A stretch of DNA of 64,000 bases from a bacterium (GTDB taxonomy: Bacteria; Patescibacteriota; Patescibacteriia; UBA9570): positions 44,726 to 108,725 of the forward strand of contig JAUYKW010000018.1 in the NCBI GenBank assembly GCA_030698395.1. Direction: 5' to 3'. A model generated the notes under the pieces. The model did not search any database. It was not told where the DNA came from and saw nothing but the letters and a program-made list of their open reading frames with translations. Numbering within the stretch: the first letter of the stretch is position 1; each line of letters opens with the position of its first letter. This document shows positions 8,139 to 18,330 of this stretch, in pieces. Position numbers and translations under genes: made by a program.

Positions 8139-10208
8139 CTACATTTTTTCTACAAGTTTTTCTGGAATATCTGCAATAAATCTAGAAGCACTTACAATTT
8201 TTGTAGTACCAAACACAGTTCGCTGATTAGCATAAATAAGATATGCTCGTTCACGGGCGCGGGTTAATGCCACATAGCATAGACGACGCTCTTCCTCCAT
8301 TTCTAGTGGTTGGAATAAACTTCTGGCATGTGGAAATAGCCCTTCTTCCATACCTGCAACGAATACGTTATTGAATTCTAAACCTTTAGCAGCGTGTACA
8401 GTCATCATAGTGACTGCATTGGTGCTTTCGTCAACATCATCTTGATCTGAAATGAGAGCAACTTCTTCTAAGAAAGAGTTGATGCCAGCTTGACCAGGTA
8501 AATGATCGAATTTTTTGGTAACTGATTTTAATTCTTCAATATTTTCTATGCGACGTTGATCTTCTGATAGCTTTGGTGAGAATTGATCAGTGTAGCCGGT
8601 TTTGTCTGCAATCATAGTTAGTAAATCAGACGGAGTTTTTTCTGGAGCTGCCGCAATAATTTCTTGCATGGTTTTTTGAAAATTTAAAAAAGCTAGCCTT
8701 TGCTTTTCTCTTAAGGGTGGTAATTTGGTTTCAGATAATTCAACAAAGGTTGCTTCATTATCTCTGCAGGCTTGTTCTATTTTTAGCCAGCTATTTCTGC
8801 CTAATGATCTGGCAGGTATATTATAAATTCGTTCTAAACTTACCCAGTCAGCCGGATTAGCTACTACTTTCATATAAGCGATGAAATCCTTAATTTCTTT
8901 GCGCTCGTAAAATTTAATACCACCGATTAAACGATAAGGGATATTGTATTTCATGAAAGTTTCTTCTAGAGCACGTGATTGAGCATTGGTTCTATATAAA
9001 ATCACATACTCAGCAAGGTTGATATCTCGTTTTTGCCTTTTAATAACTTCTTCTAGAGCTAGATCCACTTTGTAATCTTTGAAAGTTTGACTTTTCATAA
9101 TTTTATCCAAAATGGACTCATCGGCTTCTGCTATTTGAATAGGGGTATATGAAATATCGTCATTGTCTTTTGGTTCGTTATTGTCCGAAAAATCAAATAT
9201 CTCTCTGATAATGAATTCTCCTTCGAGTTGTTCGTTTTCTACCTCTTTTACGACAATTTTATGTCCCCTGTCATTATCCGTCCAAAGAACCTTTTCCTTT
9301 TGAGAGGTATTATATTTAATAACTTCGTTGGCTGCTTCTAAAATACGTTTGGTGGATCGATAATTTTGTTCTAGTAGCACAACAACTGCATCTGGGTAAT
9401 CATCTTCGAAGTCTAGAATATTTTGTAAATTAGCTCCTCGCCATGAGTAGATGGACTGAAAGTCATCTCCTACTACACAGATATTATGATGCTTATCAGC
9501 TAATTGGTGGACTAATGTATATTGAGCATGATTAGTATCTTGATACTCATCAACCAAGATGTATTTAAATGCTGCTTGGTATTTTTTTAATACTTCTGGA
9601 TGTTCCTGAAAAAGTTTTACTGTTAATTGAATCAAATCATCAAAATCAAGTGCATTATTTCGTTGTAATTCCCCTTGATATTTACTATAAACATGAGCAG
9701 CAGTTTTTTCGATAGTTTCACTTGCCTCAGCTTCGTATGCACTAACATCCTTTAAATCATTTTTTGCACTCGATATCATGTATTTAATTATTTTAGGTGC
9801 GATTACTTTAGTATCGTATCCTAAATCTTTCATACATTTTTTAATCAAGGAATCACTATCCGATGCATCGTAGATGACATAATTAGTATCGTATCCTAAG
9901 ATTTCAATTTCTCGTCTTAAAATTTGTACACAAATTGAATGGAATGTACCTACTACCGGTAATTTTTTTACTTTGCCTTTAAGTAACTTTTGTAAGCGAT
10001 CTTTAATTTCTCCAGCAGCTTTGTTTGTGAATGTTACTGCTAAAATATTCCATGGCTTAACATCTTCCGTTGCAATAATGTAAGCAATCCGATGAATTAA
10101 GGTTTTGGTTTTTCCAGAACCAGCTCCAGCTAAAATTAAAAGGGGTCCATTAGTTTGTTGGACCGCTTTGCGTTGTCTATCGTTTAGAGGGGCTAGTAAT
10201 ATATGCAT
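8139..10208 (-). CDS. pcrA: ATP-dependent DNA helicase of the UvrD/PcrA family (superfamily 1)
   Basis: The N-terminus is LNDRQRKAVQQTNGPLLILAGAGSGKTKTLIHRIAYII (Walker A, helicase motif I). Motif II is DEYQDTN. The C-terminus is UvrD-like (VTMMTVHAAKGLEFNNVFVAGMEEGLFPH). The start is most likely the Met at 10208 (MHILLAPLN). The ORF track extends it 13 codons upstream to 10247. Confidence 0.85.
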   Translation of the reverse strand: MHILLAPLNDRQRKAVQQTNGPLLILAGAGSGKTKTLIHRIAYIIATEDVKPWNILAVTFTNKAAGEIKDRLQKLLKGKVKKLPVVGTFHSICVQILRREIEILGYDTNYVIYDASDSDSLIKKCMKDLGYDTKVIAPKIIKYMISSAKNDLKDVSAYEAEASETIEKTAAHVYSKYQGELQRNNALDFDDLIQLTVKLFQEHPEVLKKYQAAFKYILVDEYQDTNHAQYTLVHQLADKHHNICVVGDDFQSIYSWRGANLQNILDFEDDYPDAVVVLLEQNYRSTKRILEAANEVIKYNTSQKEKVLWTDNDRGHKIVVKEVENEQLEGEFIIREIFDFSDNNEPKDNDDISYTPIQIAEADESILDKIMKSQTFKDYKVDLALEEVIKRQKRDINLAEYVILYRTNAQSRALEETFMKYNIPYRLIGGIKFYERKEIKDFIAYMKVVANPADWVSLERIYNIPARSLGRNSWLKIEQACRDNEATFVELSETKLPPLREKQRLAFLNFQKTMQEIIAAAPEKTPSDLLTMIADKTGYTDQFSPKLSEDQRRIENIEELKSVTKKFDHLPGQAGINSFLEEVALISDQDDVDESTNAVTMMTVHAAKGLEFNNVFVAGMEEGLFPHARSLFQPLEMEEERRLCYVALTRARERAYLIYANQRTVFGTTKIVSASRFIADIPEKLVEKM

Positions 10209-10305
10209 AGCGGATGATAGAATACCACATTTTTTGCAGTGATACAATTTTTCTATATTTTACTAAATTTGTAACCAAGTTGTATTTTTGTGGTAACATT
10301 ATTCT

Positions 10306-11223
10306 ATGCAAGACTTTATAATAAAAACTTCAACCGGAGACGAAATTGAGGTTTATGCTGAACAGTTAGTTAAAAAAAGCAATCAAGGAACAATCGTTGC
10401 CGGTAAACATTTAGGAACCAATGAAGATGTGGTAGTAAAAATATCTCATCCTTTTTCTTTGATTAATGATACAGATCATACAGCTGGTGATAAGACTCAT
10501 GTATTAAGAGAATTAGAGATTTTACCACAGCTGTCTGGAGTTGATGGTATTCCAAAATTCATCGCATCTCATAAGCTGGTTGAGCCAGGAAAAAATGAAC
10601 GATATATTTTTGCAATGTCAAAAGTTAATGGGATTGATTTTGAAGAACGGCGGAAGCAAGATACGGAGCGAAGATTAACATGTGCGGAGGCGACAGATTT
10701 ATTAAAGCAAGTTGGATTAATTTTACAGCAAGCACATGAGCGGGATATTATTCATCGTGATTTAAAATTGAGTAACTTTATGATTTCACCGGATGGTAAG
10801 ATTTCGATAGTGGATTGGGGTACAGCTAAACATATTAGTCAGCCAAAAGATTCTTTTAGCGGTAGTACGCCAGATCATACTGTTATAGGAACGGTGCAAT
10901 TTGTTTCTTACGAACAGATAACTGGTCAGAAGCTAGATCAACGAACAGACATTTATTCACTTGGAGCAGTTACAGCATTGTTACGTTATGGGCCAAAAAT
11001 TAGTCAACGTTACGTGATTGATGAACAAGGTACGGTAACACAGCGCGAGAAAGGAAAGATAGCGAAAGCAGTTGCCGCTCGCGAAACTTTAAAATATGAA
11101 CTGTTTCCTAAGCCTGAAGATGACTGTGAACGTACTTTGCAGGCTGTACTTAAAAAAATGACAGATCCGGATAAGGAGAAGCGTTTTCAGTCAATGAGAG
11201 CAATGATTGAGGCAATTTCTTGA
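10306..11223 (+). CDS. Eukaryotic-like (Hanks-type) Ser/Thr protein kinase, cytoplasmic, 305 aa
   Basis: It has a VAIK-like lysine (VVVKISHP), the catalytic loop IIHRDLKLSNFMI, a DWG (DFG-like) motif in SIVDWGTAKH, and an APE-like region. It has no TM helix or PASTA domains. Confidence 0.8.
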   Translation: MQDFIIKTSTGDEIEVYAEQLVKKSNQGTIVAGKHLGTNEDVVVKISHPFSLINDTDHTAGDKTHVLRELEILPQLSGVDGIPKFIASHKLVEPGKNERYIFAMSKVNGIDFEERRKQDTERRLTCAEATDLLKQVGLILQQAHERDIIHRDLKLSNFMISPDGKISIVDWGTAKHISQPKDSFSGSTPDHTVIGTVQFVSYEQITGQKLDQRTDIYSLGAVTALLRYGPKISQRYVIDEQGTVTQREKGKIAKAVAARETLKYELFPKPEDDCERTLQAVLKKMTDPDKEKRFQSMRAMIEAIS

Positions 11224-11260
11224 TATATGTTGACGATGATAAAAGTGCATAATTTTAGAC

Positions 11261-11289
11261 GTTGACAATATATAACTAATATTGTAGTA
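11261..11289 (+). promoter_or_regulatory. Putative sigma70-like promoter for secG
   Basis: TTGACA (11261..11266), a 17-nt spacer, then TAGTAT, about 17 nt upstream of the secG ATG. Confidence 0.4.
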
Positions 11290-11305
11290 TCACTACGTTC
11301 AATTT

Positions 11306-11530
11306 ATGGATCTTAATATCGTAATTTTAATAGCACAGATCATAGTTTCCATTTTAATGGTTGTTGTGATATTGATGCAACAAAAAGGTGCAGGCTTGGG
11401 CTCGGCTTTTGGTGGTGGTGATGCAGTGTACACAACTCGGAGAGGACCAGAAAAGTTTATTTTCAATTCAACTATAATTTTAGCAGTATTATTCCTTGGT
11501 CTAAGTATAGTAGCCTTTTTTCTGCAGTAA
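11306..11530 (+). CDS. secG: Preprotein translocase subunit SecG
   Basis: A 74-aa protein with two TM helices flanking the conserved loop ILMQQKGAGLGSAFGGGDAVYTTRRGPEKF. Confidence 0.85.
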   Translation: MDLNIVILIAQIIVSILMVVVILMQQKGAGLGSAFGGGDAVYTTRRGPEKFIFNSTIILAVLFLGLSIVAFFLQ

Positions 11531-11538
11531 AGTAATTT

Positions 11539-13308
11539 ATGCCAAATAAGAATCGACGAGAGCGGGCAAGCCGACTTGTTGTGGGAGTATCTAAAAAGAA
11601 GATGCCTTCACTAGGACAGCTCCGCTACATTAATAATTTATTATCAGGTAAAGAAAGAATAATCATTGGATTGAGTTTTTTATTTTTTTTCCTGTCTATT
11701 ATTTTTATTGGGTCTTATCGTTATTTATCAACTACAGAAGTGCAACCAAAGATTGGTGGAGAATACATAGAAGCAGTGGTTGGACATCCGCAATATATTA
11801 ATCCAGTATTATCACAGACCAATGACGTTGATTTGGATATTTCTAAATTATTGTATTCTGGATTATTTATTCGGACCAAGGTTCAGCGTCTAGAACCTGA
11901 TTTAGTGAGCGATTATGAAATTTCAGAAGATCAACTAACATATACATTTTATTTACGAAGAGATGCATATTGGCATGATGGTGAGGCGTTAACTGCTAAT
12001 GACGTAATTTTTACAATACAATCAATTCAAGATCCAAATTATCAGAGTCCTTTAGAACCAAGTTTGCGTGGTGTAGAGGTAGTTAAAGTTGATGACTATA
12101 CATTAACTTTAACATTGAAAGAACCATTTGCTCCTTTCTTATCTAGCTTAACATTCGGTATTTTGCCGGAACATATTTGGTTTAATGCCTATAAAGGATC
12201 GGTACAAAATATTACATTGTCAGAATATAATGTGAAACCTATTGGATCCGGACCCTTCGTGTTTGATAAATTAGTAAAAGATAGTGCTGGAGTACTAAAA
12301 TCTTATACAGTAGTGCCATTTGAAAAATATTATGGAAAACATCCATATCTAGAAAGCGTTACTTTTGTTTTTACACCAGACTTAATAAGTGCTACAGAGT
12401 TATTGCGTCGGAAGGAAGTTGATGCTGTAGCTTTTATCTCACCAGATCAAAAGTTAGAGCTACAAAAACAACATAAACAATTACAATATTACAATTTGAA
12501 ATTGCCTCAGTATACAGCCTTATTTTTTAATCAGGAACATTCCGATATATTAGCTAGAGATGAGGTAAGACAAGCAATTGTGTGGGGTGTAGATCGTGAT
12601 TCAATGATAGAACAGGCATTGCAAGGAGATGGAGAGCCAATTTTCACACCAATTTTAAAAGGGTACATTGGACATAATGATGATATTGAAAAATATGGCT
12701 TTGATATTGCTAAGGGAATAGAAATATTGGAAGAAGGTGGCTGGATACTGGAGGATGGTACTGAATTTAGAACTCGTAAGGACGAAACTTTAGAATTTGG
12801 AATTGCTACGGTGAATCAAGATGAATTCTTAAAAACTTTAGAGATTTTAAAAGAGAATTGGACAAAAATGGGCATAAAGGTTACTGTAGATGTGTATGAG
12901 CCGGAGGATATTCATGAGCAAATCATAAAGCCACGTAAATACGAAGCATTACTATTTGGAGAGATTGTTGGTGTTGATCCAGATCCATACGCATTCTGGC
13001 ATTCAACTCAAATGGAGCATCCTGGGTTAGCATTATCTATTTTTTATCAAAAAAATATTGATGATTTGCTAGAAACTGCACGTAAAGAAAGTGATGAAGA
13101 AGAACGACGATTAAAATACTTACATTTCCAGAATATTTTAGCTGAAGAGTTACCGGCAATTTTCCTTTATAATCCATACTATACTTATGCAATCCATCGA
13201 GATGTGCAGGGTGTAGATCCACAATATATTACTACTCCGGCTGATAGATTTGCTGATATATCCAACTGGTATAGAAAAACTGAACGGGTAAAGAATACGG
13301 ACTCCTAA
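11539..13308 (+). CDS. ABC transporter substrate-binding protein, family 5 (oligopeptide/dipeptide/nickel type), TM-anchored
   Basis: It has an N-terminal signal-anchor helix (IIIGLSFLFFFLSIIFIGSY). Its length and sequence are typical of SBP_bac_5 (GGEYIEAVVGHPQYINPVL...KLLYSGLF...DGEALTANDVIFT). Confidence 0.75.
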   Translation: MPNKNRRERASRLVVGVSKKKMPSLGQLRYINNLLSGKERIIIGLSFLFFFLSIIFIGSYRYLSTTEVQPKIGGEYIEAVVGHPQYINPVLSQTNDVDLDISKLLYSGLFIRTKVQRLEPDLVSDYEISEDQLTYTFYLRRDAYWHDGEALTANDVIFTIQSIQDPNYQSPLEPSLRGVEVVKVDDYTLTLTLKEPFAPFLSSLTFGILPEHIWFNAYKGSVQNITLSEYNVKPIGSGPFVFDKLVKDSAGVLKSYTVVPFEKYYGKHPYLESVTFVFTPDLISATELLRRKEVDAVAFISPDQKLELQKQHKQLQYYNLKLPQYTALFFNQEHSDILARDEVRQAIVWGVDRDSMIEQALQGDGEPIFTPILKGYIGHNDDIEKYGFDIAKGIEILEEGGWILEDGTEFRTRKDETLEFGIATVNQDEFLKTLEILKENWTKMGIKVTVDVYEPEDIHEQIIKPRKYEALLFGEIVGVDPDPYAFWHSTQMEHPGLALSIFYQKNIDDLLETARKESDEEERRLKYLHFQNILAEELPAIFLYNPYYTYAIHRDVQGVDPQYITTPADRFADISNWYRKTERVKNTDS

Positions 13309-13409
13309 TAAATATAAAATATAACTTTGATAGCAGAGGGACTTCGCTAATGTCTCTGCTGTCGTAATTAATAAAGTACTAACAAATAATTGTTAGTTTA
13401 AGAATAAAT

Positions 13410-15218
13410 ATGATAAAAAAATCAGACAAAACATACAGATCAAATGAAGCAGATACAAGGAAGCGAAAAGCGCGAACACTGCAAAGAACGGTAAGTAAAA
13501 GATCCGGTGGTAGAAAAACATTAAGTATTAATGGTTACCAAGGACCAACAAATAAACGTTCAAAATTACGTGTTGCCATTGTAGGTGGCGCAGAAGAAGT
13601 AGGAAGAAACATGACCATGGTTGAATACGGTAATGATATCGTATTGATTGATTGTGGTTTACAGTTTCCAGAAGAAGATCAACCGGGTATTGATTACATC
13701 ATCCCAAATGTTTCTTATCTAAAGGGACGAGAAAAAGATGTAAAGGGTATTATAATTACTCACGGTCATTATGATCACATTGGTGGTATTCCACATATTT
13801 CACCAGTTCTTCACCATCCTCCAATTTATGGTACGAAATTAACTAATGGAATAATTAACAAGCGTCAGGATGATTTTCCTGATAAGGGTAAATTAGATTT
13901 ACGGGAAATTGATCCTGAGAAATCTATTCAACTTGGTATTTTTAACATCGAATTTTTTCGAGTGAATCATAACATCCCTGATTGCGTTGGTATTATTGTA
14001 CATACACCCGAAGGTACATTAGTTCATACTGGAGATTTTAAATTTGACCTTCAACCAATCATGGATGAAGTTACTGATTTTGCAAAGATTGCAAATATTG
14101 GTAAGCAAGGTGTATTAGCTTTGTTGTCCGATTCTACAAATGCTCCTTCACCAGGACATCAGTTATCTGAAAGTAAAATTGGCTTAACACTTGATGAAAT
14201 ATTTAGTAAGTCTACTGGACGAATTATAGTTGGAACATTTGCTTCGTTGTTAAATCGTTTACAGCAAGTAATCTGGATTTCTGAAAAATACGGTCGTAAA
14301 GTAGTTGTAGAAGGATATAGCATGAAGAGTAATATTGAAATATCTCATAAGTTGGGATATTTGAAAGTTAATCCAAAAACATTAATTTCACCAAAAGAAG
14401 CTTTGAAGTTACCAGATGATAAGGTAACTATCATGTGTACTGGTGCTCAAGGAGAGAGTAATGCTGCTTTGATGCGGATTGCAAATCGTGAGCATAGATT
14501 TTTCAAGATTGCTCAAGGAGATACAATAATCTTTTCTTCTTCAGTTATTCCTGGAAACGAAAGAACAGTACAGCGATTGAAAGATACTCTTTTAAAGGAA
14601 GGTGCACATGTAATTCATTATGAAATGATGGATGTTCATGCTGGTGGTCATGCTAAAGCTGAAGATTTGAAATTACTATTCAGATTGTTAAATCCAAAAT
14701 ACATTATCCCTGTGGAAGGAAATAGATTCTTATTAGAAGCTTCAAAAGGTATAGCGAAAGAGTTGGGTTGGACAGATGAGACCGCCTTAGTAACAACTAA
14801 CGGACAAATCATTCAATTTTCTGGTGGCGAAGGTAAGTTACTGAAAGAAAAAATTCCAACTGATTATGTAATGGTTGATGGATTAGGTGTTGGAGATGTA
14901 CAAGAAATTGTATTACGTGATCGACAGTTAATGAGTGAGGACGGAATGTTTGTGATTATCGTTACTATTAAGAAACAAACTGGAGAATTAATCGGTAGTC
15001 CAGATATTATTTCTCGTGGTTTCGTGTACATGAAAGATGCAAAGCATTTAATTGAGGATGCTCGTAGTCAAGTAAAGAAAATATGTGCTAAGAATAATCC
15101 AGAGAATGCATCAAATCCTATGTGGTTGAAGAATAAGTTGCGAGATGATATGGGTCAGTTCTTATTTCAAAGAATTCAAAGACGACCAATGATTCTGCCA
15201 GTTGTGGTAGAAGTTTAA
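13410..15218 (+). CDS. rnj: Ribonuclease J (metallo-beta-lactamase / beta-CASP RNase)
   Basis: Motifs: LRVAIVGGAEEVGRNMTMVEYGNDIVLIDCG; HxHxDH motif ITHGHYDHIGG; beta-CASP and C-terminal domains of RNase J. A basic N-terminal extension is present. Confidence 0.9.
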   Translation: MIKKSDKTYRSNEADTRKRKARTLQRTVSKRSGGRKTLSINGYQGPTNKRSKLRVAIVGGAEEVGRNMTMVEYGNDIVLIDCGLQFPEEDQPGIDYIIPNVSYLKGREKDVKGIIITHGHYDHIGGIPHISPVLHHPPIYGTKLTNGIINKRQDDFPDKGKLDLREIDPEKSIQLGIFNIEFFRVNHNIPDCVGIIVHTPEGTLVHTGDFKFDLQPIMDEVTDFAKIANIGKQGVLALLSDSTNAPSPGHQLSESKIGLTLDEIFSKSTGRIIVGTFASLLNRLQQVIWISEKYGRKVVVEGYSMKSNIEISHKLGYLKVNPKTLISPKEALKLPDDKVTIMCTGAQGESNAALMRIANREHRFFKIAQGDTIIFSSSVIPGNERTVQRLKDTLLKEGAHVIHYEMMDVHAGGHAKAEDLKLLFRLLNPKYIIPVEGNRFLLEASKGIAKELGWTDETALVTTNGQIIQFSGGEGKLLKEKIPTDYVMVDGLGVGDVQEIVLRDRQLMSEDGMFVIIVTIKKQTGELIGSPDIISRGFVYMKDAKHLIEDARSQVKKICAKNNPENASNPMWLKNKLRDDMGQFLFQRIQRRPMILPVVVEV

Positions 15219-15260
15219 GATCCTTTCCTGTCTGTAAAAATGTAGGGTCAGTATTTGAAA

Positions 15261-15299
15261 AGTAGAAACGTAGCATGCTACGTTTCTACTTTTTTATTT
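15261..15299 (+). terminator. Rho-independent terminator after rnj
   Basis: Stem AGTAGAAACGTAGC, loop ATG, stem GCTACGTTTCTACT (15261..15290), followed by TTTTTATTT. Confidence 0.8.
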
Positions 15300-15300
15300 A

Positions 15301-15309
15301 TGCTATAAT
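15301..15309 (+). promoter_or_regulatory. Extended -10 element (TGnTATAAT) directly in front of trpS, suggesting a leaderless transcript
   Basis: TGCTATAAT at 15301..15309, and the trpS ATG is at 15316. Only 6 nt separate the -10 from the ATG and there is no room for a Shine-Dalgarno sequence. Confidence 0.45.
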
Positions 15310-15315
15310 ACAAAT

Positions 15316-16296
15316 ATGAAAAAACGTATATTATCAGGAGTACAACCAACTGGAGCATTACATTTAGGTAATTATATTGGTGCTTTAAGACAATGGGTTG
15401 ATCTACAGCATGAAACAGATGCATATTTTTGTATCGTTGATTATCATGCTATTACCGTGAAACAGGATACTCAGGAATTGTATGATAATATTCATTCATT
15501 AGCAGCCATGTATGTGGCAGTAGGTTTAGATCCATCAAAAGTTACTTTATTCAAGCAATCTGATGTGTCGGCTCATACTGAGTTGGCATGGATTTTGAAT
15601 AATTTCACTCACATGGGAGAGCTACAGCGTATGACGCAGTATAAGGATAAAGCAAAGGGAAACGGTAAACAAACTGTTGGCCTGTTTACATATCCAGTAT
15701 TAATGGCAGCAGATATTTTGTTGTACCAACCGCACATGGTTCCAGTGGGTGAAGATCAAAAGCAACATGTTGAATTGACTAGGAATATAGCTCAGAGATT
15801 TAATAATAGATTTAGCGAAACTTTTCGTGTACCAGATGTAATGCATCCAAAAGACGGAGCAAGAATTATGAGTTTGGATGATCCTAATACCAAGATGAGC
15901 AAAACGGGATCTTCTCAGTGGGGATACATTGCTCTAAGTGATGCTCCAGATGTAGTGATGAAAAAAATTAAGAAGGCAGTAACTGATTCAGGTAGTACGA
16001 TAGAAGCATCTGCTGATAAACCAGCATTAACAAATTTATTAGTTATATATTCAGCAGTTTCCGGAAAAACAGTTGGTGAGTTAGAAGAATTGTATCATGG
16101 TCAGGGTTATGGAAAATTTAAGAAAGAATTAGGTGAAGCTATAGTTACTTGGTTAGAGCCGATTCAAGAACGATATCACGAGTTAATACAGAATTATGAT
16201 GAGTTACAGGCAATTCTTAAACAAGGTCAGGAACGAGCCTCAGTTGTAGCGCAGGTCACCTTGGATGATGTAAAAACAAAGATCGGAGTTATTTAG
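15316..16296 (+). CDS. trpS: Tryptophan--tRNA ligase
   Basis: Motifs: ILSGVQPTGALHLGNYIGAL (HIGH-type motif); KMSKTGS (KMSKS motif). Its 326-aa length is typical of class I TrpRS. Confidence 0.9.
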   Translation: MKKRILSGVQPTGALHLGNYIGALRQWVDLQHETDAYFCIVDYHAITVKQDTQELYDNIHSLAAMYVAVGLDPSKVTLFKQSDVSAHTELAWILNNFTHMGELQRMTQYKDKAKGNGKQTVGLFTYPVLMAADILLYQPHMVPVGEDQKQHVELTRNIAQRFNNRFSETFRVPDVMHPKDGARIMSLDDPNTKMSKTGSSQWGYIALSDAPDVVMKKIKKAVTDSGSTIEASADKPALTNLLVIYSAVSGKTVGELEELYHGQGYGKFKKELGEAIVTWLEPIQERYHELIQNYDELQAILKQGQERASVVAQVTLDDVKTKIGVI

Positions 16297-16297
16297 T

Positions 16298-17575
16298 ATG
16301 ATTTTAATTTTGGGATTAGGTAGCTATCCCCAAGGCAGTGGCACATCAGCTGCATTATTTTTAGCTAAACAAGGGCATGAACTTGTAGTGACTGACTTAA
16401 AAACAGCTAATCAACTTCATCAACCAACTTTACGTAAGTTGAAAGCATTTTCTAATGTTACATTAGTATTAAGAAAACATCGCAAGCAGGACATTAAGCG
16501 AGCAAAATTAATTGTCAGAAATCCTGGTGTACCAGATTGGTCACCTTTTATTGAATATGCTCATCAATTAAAGAAGCCTATTACAAATGATGTGGGATTA
16601 TTCCTGGATGCTTTACGAGAAAGGTACTCACATGCAGAGGTTCCTGTAATTGGTATAACTGGTACCAGAGGCAAGAGTACAACTACTGCGATTATGGGTG
16701 ATGTGTTTAAAACTCATTTTGGAGAGCAGACTATTCATGTTGGTGGAAATATTGGAAAATCCCCATTAACTTTTTTGCATCATATTAAGTCTAGACATAT
16801 TGTGATATTAGAATTATCTAGTTGGCTTTTACATGATTTGCACAAACCTAGATTTACGGTAACAGTGATGACAAATCTTTTGCGTGATCATATGAATTAT
16901 TATCCATCCATGACTTTGTATCGCAAAGATAAAGAAAGAATTTTTTTAGGCCAAACTGCTGATGAATATGCGATTGTTAATCAGGATGACGTGATAGTAC
17001 AAAAAATGGCCAAGCATACTAAAGCATCAGTAATAAGTTTTCAAAAGGAGCGAGTGGCTGGCATGAAGTTATTGGGAGAGCATAATCAATATAATATTGG
17101 CGCTGCAATTGAAGTAGCGAAACTATTTAATATTCCAACAACTACAATTGAGAGAGTTATTAAGAATTTTTCTGGAATAGCTAATCGGTTAGAACAAATC
17201 AGAGTATATAAAAAACGAGAATTCTATAATGATACGACTGCAACTACTCCAGATGCAACTATAGCGGCATTAAGATCGTTCAAGAAAAAGGTTATTCTAA
17301 TTGCGGGCGGTAACACCAAACGATTATCCTTGAAAGATTTAAATAAGGAGATCGTTGGCGGAGTAAAGAGTTTAATTTTACTTCCAGGAAATGCAACAAA
17401 TCAATTTCCAGCTGGTATTGAGGTAGCAACTATGAAACAAGCTGTACATACTGCGTGGAATTTATCAAAACAAGGAGATATTATTTTATTATCTCCGGGT
17501 GTAACTTGGTTACCAAAAATGAACGAGTTTGAGCGTGGCAAGCTATTCGTTCGTGAGGTTAAAAGATTAAAATAA
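16298..17575 (+). CDS. murD: UDP-N-acetylmuramoyl-L-alanine--D-glutamate ligase
   Basis: It has a MurD-type N-terminal Rossmann-like region, the Mur ligase P-loop GITGTRGKSTTTAIMGDVF, and central and C-terminal Mur ligase domains. Confidence 0.85.
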   Translation: MILILGLGSYPQGSGTSAALFLAKQGHELVVTDLKTANQLHQPTLRKLKAFSNVTLVLRKHRKQDIKRAKLIVRNPGVPDWSPFIEYAHQLKKPITNDVGLFLDALRERYSHAEVPVIGITGTRGKSTTTAIMGDVFKTHFGEQTIHVGGNIGKSPLTFLHHIKSRHIVILELSSWLLHDLHKPRFTVTVMTNLLRDHMNYYPSMTLYRKDKERIFLGQTADEYAIVNQDDVIVQKMAKHTKASVISFQKERVAGMKLLGEHNQYNIGAAIEVAKLFNIPTTTIERVIKNFSGIANRLEQIRVYKKREFYNDTTATTPDATIAALRSFKKKVILIAGGNTKRLSLKDLNKEIVGGVKSLILLPGNATNQFPAGIEVATMKQAVHTAWNLSKQGDIILLSPGVTWLPKMNEFERGKLFVREVKRLK

Positions 17576-17576
17576 T

Positions 17577-18320
17577 TTAGGCAACTGGTAGATGAGTGTG
17601 TTTTTCTACTTCACGTAGAAAAGATTTCTTATCGCCACTACATTCAAAAATGTATTTTGGTTCTGTTTGAGGATCTTCAAGTTTTTCTTTGCGCATTATT
17701 CGTAGTACATGCCTAGTCACAGCTTCATTGGAATCAAGAATGATGACGTCTGGTCCAAATTTATTTTGCAATTTTCCTTTTATTAAAGTGTAATGCGTGC
17801 AACCAAGAATTAATACATCTGCTGTTTTGGCATCTATAGTACATTTATTTAACAATTCATCTTGTTTCGCATCATCTCCGTACTCAACGGCGTCAGCTAA
17901 GCCACTGCAAGAAACTTTTATAATTTCGCAGTTTCCTGCAAAGCGACCAATTAGTTCTGAAATATATTTAGCTGATACTGTTGATGTTGTTGCTAGTAAA
18001 GCAATTTTTTTGGTTTGAGAAATATGAGCTGCTGTTTTAATAACTGGAACAACCGCGATAATTGGTATTTTAATATTTTCGCGATAATACGCTAGATCAT
18101 TTACCGAAGCAGTATTACAAGCGATCACTAGTAAGGAACATTTCTTTTCTAATTTTTTTAAACCAGCTAGAGTGATTTTTCTAATTTCTTCCATGCTACG
18201 ATCACCGAATGGAAAATATTTAGTATCACCAAAATAGAAGATACTTTCTTGAGGAAGTACTTGAATAATGGTATTAAATATACCTAGTCCGCCAATACCT
18301 GAATCGTAAATTCCTATCAT
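17577..18320 (-). CDS. murI: Glutamate racemase
   Basis: Motifs: IGIYDSGIGGLGIF; catalytic cysteine motifs VIACNTAS and LGCTHY. Confidence 0.9.
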   Translation of the reverse strand: MIGIYDSGIGGLGIFNTIIQVLPQESIFYFGDTKYFPFGDRSMEEIRKITLAGLKKLEKKCSLLVIACNTASVNDLAYYRENIKIPIIAVVPVIKTAAHISQTKKIALLATTSTVSAKYISELIGRFAGNCEIIKVSCSGLADAVEYGDDAKQDELLNKCTIDAKTADVLILGCTHYTLIKGKLQNKFGPDVIILDSNEAVTRHVLRIMRKEKLEDPQTEPKYIFECSGDKKSFLREVEKHTHLPVA

Positions 18321-18330
18321 GTGTTTATTA

